Assembly: GCA_000697335.1 (NCBI GenBank)
Contig: JNEM01009148.1
Coordinates: forward strand, 1 to 44,339
Source: Conidiobolus incongruus B7586
Lineage: Eukaryota
Direction: 5' to 3'
Length of the DNA: 44,339 nt
Shown here: piece by piece, positions 1-10,412 of the stretch
Numbering within the stretch: position 1 is the first letter of the stretch
How the letters are laid out: each line of letters starts with the position of its first letter
The notes under the pieces: model-generated
Seen by the model: the letters and a program-made list of their open reading frames with translations, nothing else
Database searches by the model: none
Told to the model about the DNA's origin: nothing
Position numbers and translations under genes: made by a program

Positions 1-1639
1 AAATATTGATAATTAATTAAAATTAAAATATTCATATAGTATAATATTTGAAATCTTTGCAAAATATTATATTTGATTTTACTATTAATATTCTATATAA
101 TATGTTGTAATTTTTTTATGATTTATTAGCAATACTAATATATACTTTTTAAATTATAAAATTCTAAATATAAAGATTAAATATAGATAGATTTTGTTAA
201 AATATGAAATATAACATTATTATTTAGTTGATATATAAACTTGATTAATGAAATATATTATCAATTTATTAATAAAATATTTATATTAATATATTTTCAT
301 AAATTGATAATATAGTTTATTTAATATTAAATGGTTTTTCGTAAAAAACATATTATTAAATAGTATTTTGTCAAAAAATATAGAATTATTATTATTATTA
401 TTATTATTATTATTTGCAAATAAATTACTAAAGCTCAAAAATAAGGTGTTTATAAAAAATAGCAAATTAAAATTTATAAATGAATAAATGACAGTGACAT
501 TGTTTAAATATGAATAATAAAAAGATGGAGATTAAACAAATACATTTAATATTCATTGTATTAATTTTACAATATGCAGCTTAGTTATTAATAAATATTT
601 AATACATCGGCTAATCATTTTACTCAATTAAAACACTAAATAATTAATGTCATTATACAGTAACAATATATAAATATATCTTTCAAATTGAATAATTTCA
701 AATTTTTAATTAAAATACTGTAACTTATTAAAATCCTTTAAAATAACTAAATATTAAAATTTGAATCAAGTAAAATATAATAAATTAATCAAAATTATTA
801 AAATATAATTAAAATTATTTTATATTTAAGGATTTAAATTAATAAATTTTAAATATTAAAAATAATTTTTAATATATTCTCATGGCTAAAATTGTTAAAA
901 TTGATATTATCTAGACTTAATTTCACAGTGGAATTGGACATTATGGAGCATGGGAATTTTAGATAGACTAATTTTGGAATAAAATTTAAATGAAATGTAT
1001 TTAACCATAAAATTGAGGTGAATAAACTATGATTTCTTGATATTTTTTTTGGTAAAGTATAATAAGCTTTGCTGTAAAAATGAATCTGGTTATATGTTTT
1101 GTTTATTCAGTCTATAAAATCTCTTATATTCATAATTTTGGTTAAATTTTCCAATCCAAAAGACAGTACTATTTCATATAGAATTCAATTCAATTCGATC
1201 CAATACTATTTTTAGATTAGTATGCTGAATGAAAAATTAAAATTCATTTGAATATGCTTTATATATCCATTAGTTTTAACATTAATTATTTATTTTCAAA
1301 TCATATTGAATAGTAAATTATGTCAATAATACCGAAATAGATTAACTAAAATGTTTAAATACATATGATTAAATATCAACATAATTCAATACTTAAAATT
1401 TCAAAATAGTATTTTACAAACTTTGAATTGATTTTTCATTAATATTTAATTAAATATATACCCTTGAATATAAATCAAGTTTCACTATAATTTTGCCTAA
1501 TATACTTGAATAAACTTGAGAATAACAGTTTCAAGAATTTCCACTGGTTTTGCACACACTTACCAATACTTAATCCAGGTCTAGATAAATTATTTCTTGC
1601 AACATAAACGCTCAGATATTATTTTACAATAACATATAA

Positions 1640-2125
1640 GTTCAAACAATATAGAATTAAATGCGTTATTGTTATTTTTAGTTAAGTATGAACAATTTTG
1701 ACTTTGTTTTTGCCTGTAAAATATCAGAACAAATTGAAGTCATATTTATCAAAGAATCAGCAATATCCAAGAAAAAATATAAAATATGATATATAAGAGT
1801 TTTTACAAAATACCAAAAATAAAACTTTGATAATAAATTTAAAACCTTAACAAAAGTAACTTTATATACGAAATTATTGGGTTGATTAGACCAAAGCTTA
1901 ATTATCAGTGTTATAAATTTTAAACCATATAAAAATAAGTATATAAAGGAATAACCTGTAAAGTTATTTAAGTCTATGAAATCAAGCTTTATTATTATAA
2001 ATTTAAGTTTTTAGAATGTATTTTCATAAAAGAAATGTATAATTAAAACTATAATTATTTGTTAAAATATTAAATTGAAAAAATTAAATAGAATATGTAT
2101 TATTAAAAAGACTTTATAAAAAGAT
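1640..2125 (+). pseudogene. tnpA: IS607-type TnpA serine recombinase relic
   Basis: 1781-1849 reads KI*YIRVFTKYQK*NFDNKFKTL (family pattern KIxYxRVSTxxQKxDLxxQ; catalytic Ser codon now TTT). 1867-2034 reads YEIIGLIRPKLNYQCYKF*TI*K*VYKGITCKVI*VYEIKLYYYKFKFLECIFIKE (pattern HEIIxDIGSGLNxxRxxFxxIL..V.KG....VVVAYxDRLCRxGFEFLEW.F). RLYKK near 2108-2122 matches RLYGxR. There is a weak HTH trace VQTI*N* at 1640-1660. Confidence 0.75.
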
Positions 2126-2215
2126 ATAAATATCAAATAAATAATAATAAATAAACCTTGGTAAAAAACTAATAATAATAACAAATTCAAAATAATATTC
2201 TTTTGAAAATATTAA

Positions 2216-3291
2216 AAAATCTGAGCTTGTTTTACTTTTGAACAAAAAAATGTAATTTAAAATAATCAACTGATGATCGGCGGTTTATTAAGGCTAAATG
2301 GAAGAGTATACTTAAACCAAAAAATATTAAAAAATAAATATCAAATATAAATTAATTCATAATAATAACCAATATGTAAATGAAAACTATTGTCATATTT
2401 AAAATAAAATATTTAATACTAATTTTATAGGCTAAAAATTCAAATATATATATATATATATTAGTAAACAAAGTGAATATAAATTGAATGTTATTTAATT
2501 GGAATATTAACAAGAGATAAATATATTTTAGCTTACCTATTTTAATAATAAACTAATTGAAATAGCGAACCTATTAATAAAAATACTTAATTAGATTATT
2601 TCCTTTAAAATACAAAGCTTGGTATATTTTATTTTGTATTTTAATACCATTGAAAATTAATAATAACTATTACACTCCTAAGCCAAATATAATTAAAAAA
2701 GGTTTTAACCCTTGAATTTAACATATAGACTTTTGTAACAAATTATTTCTTTTGGAGTTTATATATTTAAAAAAGATACTGTAGCGATTAAATATCTGTA
2801 TCGTTATTATAATAGAGTATAAAACAAATGGTTTTAAAAATTATACTATAAAAAATATTATAAAATGAGAAAATAGAAGAATAAAAAATTCAAATATTAT
2901 AAATAAGATATATAACAAATTTACCAAATTAATCTTTGAACAATATAATATTATTTTTTGCTTGGATTTGAGGTTTAAAAAATATAAATAAATAAATATA
3001 TATATTAAGAATAAAAATACAAAAATAACATAAAACTTACTCAATAAAACAAGGAAATGCCTTTAGTAAATAATAATCATTTGCAAAAAGCATTAAACAA
3101 GTAAAAACATATACAAACTATGGATATTTAATATATTGCTTTGATAAAGCAAGATTTTCTAGTACCCACAATATTATGCAAAGATCGATGAAGACATTAA
3201 TAATGCTAGAAACATACTCCTTTATGATTTAACAGTCAATCAAGCTAGACTTCTAGGATTGGTATTGTGGCTCACCCCCTTGGGGTCTTAA
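2216..3291 (+). pseudogene. tnpB: TnpB / Fanzor2-type RuvC nuclease relic
   Basis: KI*ACFTFEQK at 2216-2248 (KIRxYPTxEQK). TKLGIFYF/CILIPLKI at ~2611-2658. RuvC-I VLTLEFNI*TFVTNY at 2702-2746 (VxALDPGVRTFxTGY). Y.RV*NKWF*K and KFTKLIFEQYNIIF/LLGFEV follow. LLNKTRKCL**IIIICKKH*TSK/TYTNYG at 3037-3124 (LLxKxREYPWCxVxICxExYTSKTCxxCG). SKIF*YPQYYAKIDEDINNARNILL at 3148-3222 (SKxFxCPxC...DRDxNGARNILL). Stop at 3289-3291. Confidence 0.88.
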
Positions 3292-3380
3292 GACTCTATG
3301 CAAGACTTGGACAAAAGTGATCAAATTTGATTAAATTTGGACAAGGTTAATTGTTAGCGATTATCATAAAACGAACCTTA
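3240..3380 (+). ncRNA. Putative omegaRNA (scaffold plus flanking guide) of the TnpB/Fanzor element
   Basis: GC-richer segment overlapping the tnpB 3' end and running to the element end, the known position of TnpB/Fanzor omegaRNAs. Inverted repeats ctaga-ct-tctag, acccc-ctt-ggggt and gtcttaagac. Limits are inferred. Confidence 0.45.
3304..3343 (+). repeat. Four tandem imperfect 10-bp direct repeats (candidate TnpA-binding end motifs)
   Basis: gacttggaca / aaagtgatca / aatttgatta / aatttggaca in exact 10-nt register. Confidence 0.6.
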
Positions 3381-4454
3381 AAAATCAGCTATCCATTTTA
3401 ATTCTTAATTCTACCCCCATCATGATCTCTCTCAACCCAACTAATATGCCTAATTGAAAATAATAGTATAGGTATTCAAAGATAAAAAATTTAAAATTTT
3501 TCATGAAAATTATAAAAATAACAAATTATTAAAAATAATAATGGAATATAATAATTATAAAATATTACTTGACTTTCAATCAAATTAAAATATAAAATAA
3601 AATTAAATTAATATATTCTTGAGAAATTTAATATTAAATATTTTATAGTTATTATAAGAATAATTTAACATTACTAGTTTTAAAAATAATAGGGAATTTT
3701 TTTTATCAAAGTTATAGTTAATAATTTGAGAAAATTAAGTATAATTTTTATTTATTCAAAAAAGGAATATTTTTATTTTAATTTAATAATAAAAAAAATT
3801 AAATATATAAATTATTTCTTTTTATATAAACTTTTTTTTATTTATATTAAGATAATATCAAGTTAACTATTATTATCAAATTATACTTTACAATTTCAAA
3901 CCATACTTTAATTTGTCCATTAAAATATGATTATTATTTGTGATCTACTTGGTTCGCTAAAATATGGAATTCTGATTTCAATTAAAATAAATATGATATA
4001 TTGTGTTATTTTAATAAGCATTCATTTTAAATTAGTTGCTTATAGTAATCAATATTAAAATATATAACATTATATAAACTTTAAATTGTGATTTTTATTA
4101 CTTTTAATAAATTAACAATTTGATTGTTTGTATCATTTTTGATGGGAAGGTTAAATTATTAAATATGTTCAAACTACACAGTTATTCATAAGCTAAATAA
4201 TTTAAATACCAGTTTTTAATTTGGAGTAAAATAAATAAAATTTTCAGTATATTTAAAACTATTTGTATCTATAATTATTTTTCTTATATACAAATGAAAA
4301 ATTAATTGTTATTTAGGATAATAATTTTATTCTGTTTAAAATTAAGTAATTTAAAATGTCTATTTAGGATTAAATACAAAAAAAAATTTTTCTTTTATTA
4401 TTCTTATAACAGAATTTAAAAAGTTATTCAACCAATAGAATTTGATAATATGAA

Positions 4455-4609
4455 TCAATTAGATCGATTAAACTCAATCGGGAATTCACTCATGGATCTC
4501 TTGATTGAATTCACTTTATTTGAATCACAACTAAAATCAGAAATAGTTAGTTAAACTAATATTACAAACATCTGATCTCCTTCCAATTGGAGAAACTGGG
4601 GATCTTCAT
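4455..4609 (-). other. Possible spliced small ORF (39 aa) or spliced non-coding transcript divergent from DES1
   Basis: ATG at 4609 and a 35-nt GTAAT..CTAAC..TTAG intron (4531-4565) give MKIPSFSNWKEIRCFCDSNKVNSIKRSMSEFPIEFNRSN*. It lies in a GC-elevated patch. No homology recognised. Confidence 0.2.
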
Positions 4610-4986
4610 AATTGTTCTGATTGGATAGCTATGGAAGTTGACTGCTGGATGGAGTACAAGGTCATACACTAATTTTTCAAAGTTCCTGAGAACTTAACCT
4701 GAAGCGCTTTAGTAAGAGAAGTTGAGGGGAGGGAGGGGGAAATAAGTGGGAAGTAATATGAATGAATAAAGAAGATGGTGTAAATGTAAAATTGAGGAGG
4801 TACAATGTATATATAAAAGGATTATCGTTTATCATTCCTATTTTAACTTATTATTTTTATTCTGATGCACTTGATGAATATTTAAAATTATAATTTATTA
4901 CTTTTATTCATAAAATCAAACATATTCACCTATAAATATTAATTATTATCTTCATAATCTGAATAATACTATATCACACTCAATTT

Positions 4987-5022
4987 ATACATACATACAT
5001 ACATACATATATATATATATAT
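4987..5022. repeat. (ATAC)5(AT)n compound microsatellite just upstream of DES1 start
   Basis: Direct reading. Confidence 0.9.
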
Positions 5023-5040
5023 AATATTTAATAGATCATT

Positions 5041-6123
5041 ATGCCTCCTAACGTATCCCTTTCAACCAAAGTAACTCAAGATATCCACCCAGATCATCGC
5101 CATCCATTATATTTAGGAGAATGGAAGCGTTCAATTCCCTACAAGGACACCGGAATGGCTGTCGATAACATGGATGAACCCCACTTCAAGCGCAAGTTAG
5201 CTATTCTAAAGAAGTATCCCGAAATTGCTAAACTTTATGGCCCAGACTGGAGAACTAAGTACATTATCATTATTACTACTTTGCTTCAACTCGGTTTAAG
5301 CTATCTGATCGGTAAGATTTGGCAACCTAGCGCTCTCCCAATGTTTTTGATGAGCTATTTTGTTGGAGGAACACTCACTGCTCTTTATGGAGTACTGATC
5401 CACGAATGTGCTCACAATCTTTGCTCACATAGCCCCTTGGCTAATCGTATCCTTGGTCTGATCGTTAATACTTGTATTCCTTTCCCTATTTCTTCTTCCT
5501 TCCGCCGTTATCACTTGACACATCACGCATACCAAGGTGTAGATGATATTGATCCTGATCTTCCACTTGAATGGGAATTATATTTGATTAAAGGTAATTC
5601 ATTCCTTAAATTCCTCTGGGTCTTCTGCTATCCCCTCATGTATGTTGTCCGTGGTATTGCTAAGTTCAAGCCTTTAAGTTTTTGGGAAATTGTGAATATT
5701 ATCTATACCATTACTGTCGACCTACTGGTTTTATACTTCTGTGGTGTCCAAGGCTTCCTTTATCTCTTCTTCTCCCTCTGGTTAGGTTATGGTCTTCATC
5801 CTGGCGCTGCTCATTTTATTCAAGAACACTACACCTTTGATGATGGTCAAGAGACATACTCCTACTATGGTGTATTGAATAAGGTATTTATGAATATCGG
5901 ATATCATAATGAACATCATGACTTTATGCAAATTTCATGGGCCAACTTGCCTGAAGTACGTCGTATTGCACCAGAATTCTACAACACTTTGAAATATCAT
6001 ACCAGCTGGGTATGGATGCAAGTCCGTTTCATTACAGAGAGTATGATGGGACCTCAATCCAGAGCTATTAGAAGCCAACAATCCCATAAAGAGGGCAGGA
6101 AATTGGTCGAAAAATCAAATTAA
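5041..6123 (+). CDS. DES1: Sphingolipid delta(4)-desaturase (dihydroceramide desaturase), intronless
   Basis: N-terminal EPHxxRxxxILKKYPEIxKLxGPD motif. His boxes HECAH, HLTHH, HNEHH. LHPxAAHFIxEHY and ETYSYYG motifs. Confidence 0.95.
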   Translation: MPPNVSLSTKVTQDIHPDHRHPLYLGEWKRSIPYKDTGMAVDNMDEPHFKRKLAILKKYPEIAKLYGPDWRTKYIIIITTLLQLGLSYLIGKIWQPSALPMFLMSYFVGGTLTALYGVLIHECAHNLCSHSPLANRILGLIVNTCIPFPISSSFRRYHLTHHAYQGVDDIDPDLPLEWELYLIKGNSFLKFLWVFCYPLMYVVRGIAKFKPLSFWEIVNIIYTITVDLLVLYFCGVQGFLYLFFSLWLGYGLHPGAAHFIQEHYTFDDGQETYSYYGVLNKVFMNIGYHNEHHDFMQISWANLPEVRRIAPEFYNTLKYHTSWVWMQVRFITESMMGPQSRAIRSQQSHKEGRKLVEKSN

Positions 6124-7034
6124 TTTTGACAATTCATAAATATATATATATTTATGATATTTATAATATTTGGATATCATCTTTAATAATATATATTGTT
6201 CACTAACCATAACATGTTTTACAATAATAAATTAATATAGTATAAATCAATATCTAACAGTTATATTGTATTTTATATCTACTTTATCTTAAATCCATAT
6301 TTTTAGTTTGATTATTTATTTTCTTGACTAAATTTGGATATAATATCACTTATGATATATTGTCATTTTAGTAATACTTAAATTTGATATTTGATTTAAA
6401 TTATATTCATCATTTAAATGATCTTTAATTAATTTTAAAATTATTTCAGATACTATAATTAAATAAAAATTACTAATTTTAATTACTATTTTATTTTATT
6501 TCTTATTTTTTTAAGAAAAAAAATTAATATATATTATATAATTTCACATAATTTTTTATCTTCTGTATAATGATAACTCCCTTAAAACTTTTTTAAACTA
6601 TATTATTTAATATTATATTAAATTAATTGGATATATTAAAAAAATAAAATATCGCATAATTAAAATTGGTATGACTCATATTATAATTATACTCATTTAT
6701 TACATTTTTAGCGCCATTATTCACTGTGAATAAATAAATGAGCCGAAATATATCCTAAATAAGGTTGTAAAATTAATGTTCTTTATCAATTTGATACTTT
6801 TCATTATTAGAACATAATTGATCCAATTAAATTAAAATTGATATTACAATTAAAAACTGTGTTTAATTCGTAAAATGATCATTTTCTAGAGAATTTTTTA
6901 AATTGTAACATAATATTATCAACCATATTTTTTTATTACATTATTTTATACTTTATAAATGAATTATTTTAAATAATAAAATATATTTTACAAATTAAAA
7001 ATATTTTTATAATTTAATATTTATTTAATTAACA

Positions 7035-7432
7035 AACGTCGATACTTAAGGTAATTGATGGGGAATGATCTTGTCAATTACTCAAGAAACTCCGATTACC
7101 ACACTGGATCGTAAAGTCACATTGCAAACACTTATTTCCTGAACTCTAATATAACATTATCACGAACGAACTAATAAACACATCTCTTTTACCTTCATTC
7201 CAAAAGTATCCAGTCTCTAAGTTTTCCTCGTAACCCTCACAAAAGTGTTGAGCTGTGACGAGTGTGAGATAGTTACTTTACACGAAGAACCCAATTTACA
7301 GTAAGCCGTTTGCACCTGATTTGGTGAACCTTATCGATTTCCCGTAACTCTGTGGTAACCTGTCATTTACCACTGGCGATTCCCCGCTTAAGCTCTAAAA
7401 GTCTATTTCCTCCTACAATTACGGTCGTCATA
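7035..7432. ncRNA. Unassigned structured non-coding island (ncRNA candidate)
   Basis: Sharp GC/CpG-rich island inside extremely AT-rich flanks, with no ORF of 60 aa or more and many local and long-range complementary segments. Confidence 0.4.
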
Positions 7433-9509
7433 ATGATATTAAAAAAATTAATAATATATATGTAATATTTTATATTCTAATTATTTTATTAAAATCCAAA
7501 TTAATAAATAAAATTTATAAAACCTAATATATAATAAATATAATTTCTGAATATTAAATTTCAATAATTTTAAATTATATTATTATTATTATTATTAAAT
7601 TAAATATTTTTAATTATTAATTGATAAACTAAAGCTTATATTTTAATGATAAAACAATGATTAATAATTTAAGTTTTGAAGATTAAAAATATTTTGACCT
7701 AAATTTAATAACTAAGGAATATATATATAAATGAATTTCCATATAGTTTCGTTGATAATAAACCTCCAAAGCAATATATAAATATATTTGAGTATTTTAA
7801 TTCTATAAAACATAATTATAAAAATTCATTTCATATTTCAAAATGAGTTTATGAGTATGAAAAATATATTAATTTAATTAGCATTAGTTTATATAATATT
7901 TTAAAATCGAAACAATATTCAAATTTGTTCAAAAGCAAATTGAATAAGCTAATATCTCAATTGAAACAATATCATACTGAGAGTGCACAATTATAGTTGG
8001 TTGAGAAAATACAATAAAAAATGGTCCTTGAAATTTGTCTATAATAGCTGAGATATTTGAATAGTTTAACAAATTTCCAAGTCAGTAAAGTATAAATATC
8101 ATATAATCTATCAATAAAATCATACTAAAAGTATTATATTTTTATTACTTATTTGAATAGAAGTTTAGTTAAATATAAATTGTCTCATGCAAAATAATAC
8201 TTCCACTACAATGTTGATTGAAATCCTATTTCATATTCCAAGCACTTTGTAGAGATAAAAATTTGGAATAATCTCTTAATAATAAACTTTCAAATACAGT
8301 ATATATATTATTTGATTTTAAAAATATATAAATTTTTGCAAAAAGTAATTTACTCAATTTAAATATACGTTTTTGAATTGTATATTAAGATATATTATAC
8401 TCTCAAGTTAATCATAAAGACATTTTTTATACTATTGAAACTTCTGTACCAATATTTAAAGTAAAAGGAAAAGATTATCTAATTTATTTATATTGATGTA
8501 TTTGTATATAAATTGGGAGTTATTTTGGATTATAAATTTCAAATTAAAATAAAATCAATGATTAATAATTTGAAATTAAAATTGATCTCAAACAATTTGA
8601 TAAGTTGCAATAATAAGCTATTTGATACTTTATATATTAATAAATTTTAATTATTTAATACAAATTTCAAAATTAACCTATATAGTAAATTTGAATATAA
8701 GCAGGAGTACTAAAAGGTTTGTGTATTTAAGTTTTAACATCAATCAGCAAAATTATATCACTTTCATTTATGAATGGTTTTAAACTGAAAATTAATGAAA
8801 TAAGTTATTATTTTTAACTTGATTTATCCATTGAATTTAAAACAAAAATAAAGTGATATTGGTCATTAATGTTATGAAAAAAACGAGGTCATAAGTTGTC
8901 ATTATTATTAAACTATTACCTTTATATTTTAATTTAATAATATATCAAATTTTAATAATTAATTTTAAATTAATCTTTTAAGGAAATATATTTTTGTTAT
9001 TGAAATTTTTTAATAGAAAAAATTATTCTTATATAGGATAATAAAATATACTTATATTGGTAAATCTATCGTTAATATTTATGAGATTAATATTAAATAA
9101 TAATCAATGCTATTAATCAATGTTTACTAAAAACCAGTAATCAAATAAATTATATAAATTTAGCAGAATGTTTATAACTTTAGAGTATGTAAATTTGAAT
9201 TTTTCTCGTTGAAATCATTCAAAATAAAATGAAAAATTACTATATTAATCAAGATTTATTATGTATAATTATATTTTATGACATTTAATTTAGTTTGACG
9301 CAGCAAGACAGTGTTTATTTATTACAAGGCAAAGGTTTCAAATTGGTAATAAGATTCCATCTCTGATCAATCATATCTTAGTTTATAAAGCAAATACTAT
9401 ATTACCATTAATTATATAAACCCAATAAATCTTAACTTAGTTTAAAATTAATAAAATAATTAAATCATTAACTTATCCAATTTAAGATTTACTCTATAAT
9501 TTATAAACT

Positions 9510-10412
9510 ATGTTTAAATTTTTAAAGAAAAGCCCTAAACAACTGTTCAAAGACCGCTCTTCCTTTGATGGTAAGGTGGATGGCAGTCCAGTACATAAGA
9601 TAGGTCCCGAAGAAGGTGTAGACATCGGTGAATATCATTTGTCTTTCAACTGCTATACTGGTGCTATGTTCACATTAATTAAAAATTGTAAAGCTTGTAT
9701 GATGGAGCACTCAGATGAAGAACTTTGCAACTTATTCAGGAAGACTGCGAAAACTATGAAAATTGGTAAAAAAGAAAAAATGTTAGTTGCCCAAATGATG
9801 ATGTCCAGGGAAGATGAAACCATTTACGACAACGTAGCAGCCTTATCATCTGTATTAACTCAGCGTCAACTTTATCGTATATTAATGGATTCAACTCTAC
9901 TTTTTAAATCCAATAAAAAAACTGCTGAAGACTTGGGTAAGGCAATATGCAAGAAGAGACTCGAAGAAATTGCATCAGGTGAAATTGACGGTTATGTGGA
10001 CGCCATTTCCAATACACTTGCTTATGGTGTTAGTCAGGATTTGGTTCGCCCTACGGGATGGAATGATGAATGCCAGCATAAAGGACGCAAATCTTTTTTC
10101 GGTAAGGTGAAAAATGGACACACCTGTGAAGCTTTGATTCCAAATTGTCTGGGAAATGCAGTACTTGGAATATCAATAATTGGTGATCAAATTACTATGA
10201 CCAAGGATGAATTCCTGCGCTTTACCCGCGAGTTCAACATCTCTTGTGATGGATTTATTTTAGATAAAGGTAACATCCATTTGTCTGGTGATGAAGTTAT
10301 AGATAGATGTGATCACGATGAAGGCAAGTGTCAATTTAATGAGCTTCCGGATGAGGTACATGTTGGTTACAGTGAAGAAGCTGATCAAATGATAATTTTT
10401 TATAATGTATAG
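9510..10412 (+). CDS. Hypothetical protein, 300 aa, intronless, Cys/Met-rich
   Basis: Long clean ORF with coding-like composition in an AT-rich background. TATATAAA ~95 nt upstream. No family recognised. Confidence 0.8.
   Translation: MFKFLKKSPKQLFKDRSSFDGKVDGSPVHKIGPEEGVDIGEYHLSFNCYTGAMFTLIKNCKACMMEHSDEELCNLFRKTAKTMKIGKKEKMLVAQMMMSREDETIYDNVAALSSVLTQRQLYRILMDSTLLFKSNKKTAEDLGKAICKKRLEEIASGEIDGYVDAISNTLAYGVSQDLVRPTGWNDECQHKGRKSFFGKVKNGHTCEALIPNCLGNAVLGISIIGDQITMTKDEFLRFTREFNISCDGFILDKGNIHLSGDEVIDRCDHDEGKCQFNELPDEVHVGYSEEADQMIIFYNV

Larger units (their letters stand above)
1461..3360 (+). mobile_element. Fossil IS607-family transposon (tnpA serine recombinase + tnpB/Fanzor2), hypermutated; boundaries approximate
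   Basis: Manual translation through stops and frameshifts gives colinear TnpA motifs (1781-2125) followed by TnpB motifs (2216-3291) in the IS607 order. There are 10-bp periodic repeats near the right end (3304-3343) and related ttgaata/ttgagaa motifs near 1461-1522. Total size is ~1.9 kb. Confidence 0.85.

Noticed and set aside
935..1000. FHSGIGHYGA resembling a retroelement integrase HHCC start
   Set aside because: Too short; no downstream CxxC or DDE trace.
2841..3044. 67-aa hydrophobic minus-strand ORF
   Set aside because: Low-complexity antisense by-product of the A-rich decayed tnpB.
7229..7240. TAACCCT resembling a telomerase RNA template
   Set aside because: It reads GTAACCCTCA rather than CTAACCCTAA and lies inside a predicted stem; not enough for a call.
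7280..7350. Minus-strand GGGAA..GGTGCAAA..ACTGTAA resembling a cobalamin riboswitch or RNase P CR-I
   Set aside because: The required partner motifs and spacing are missing.
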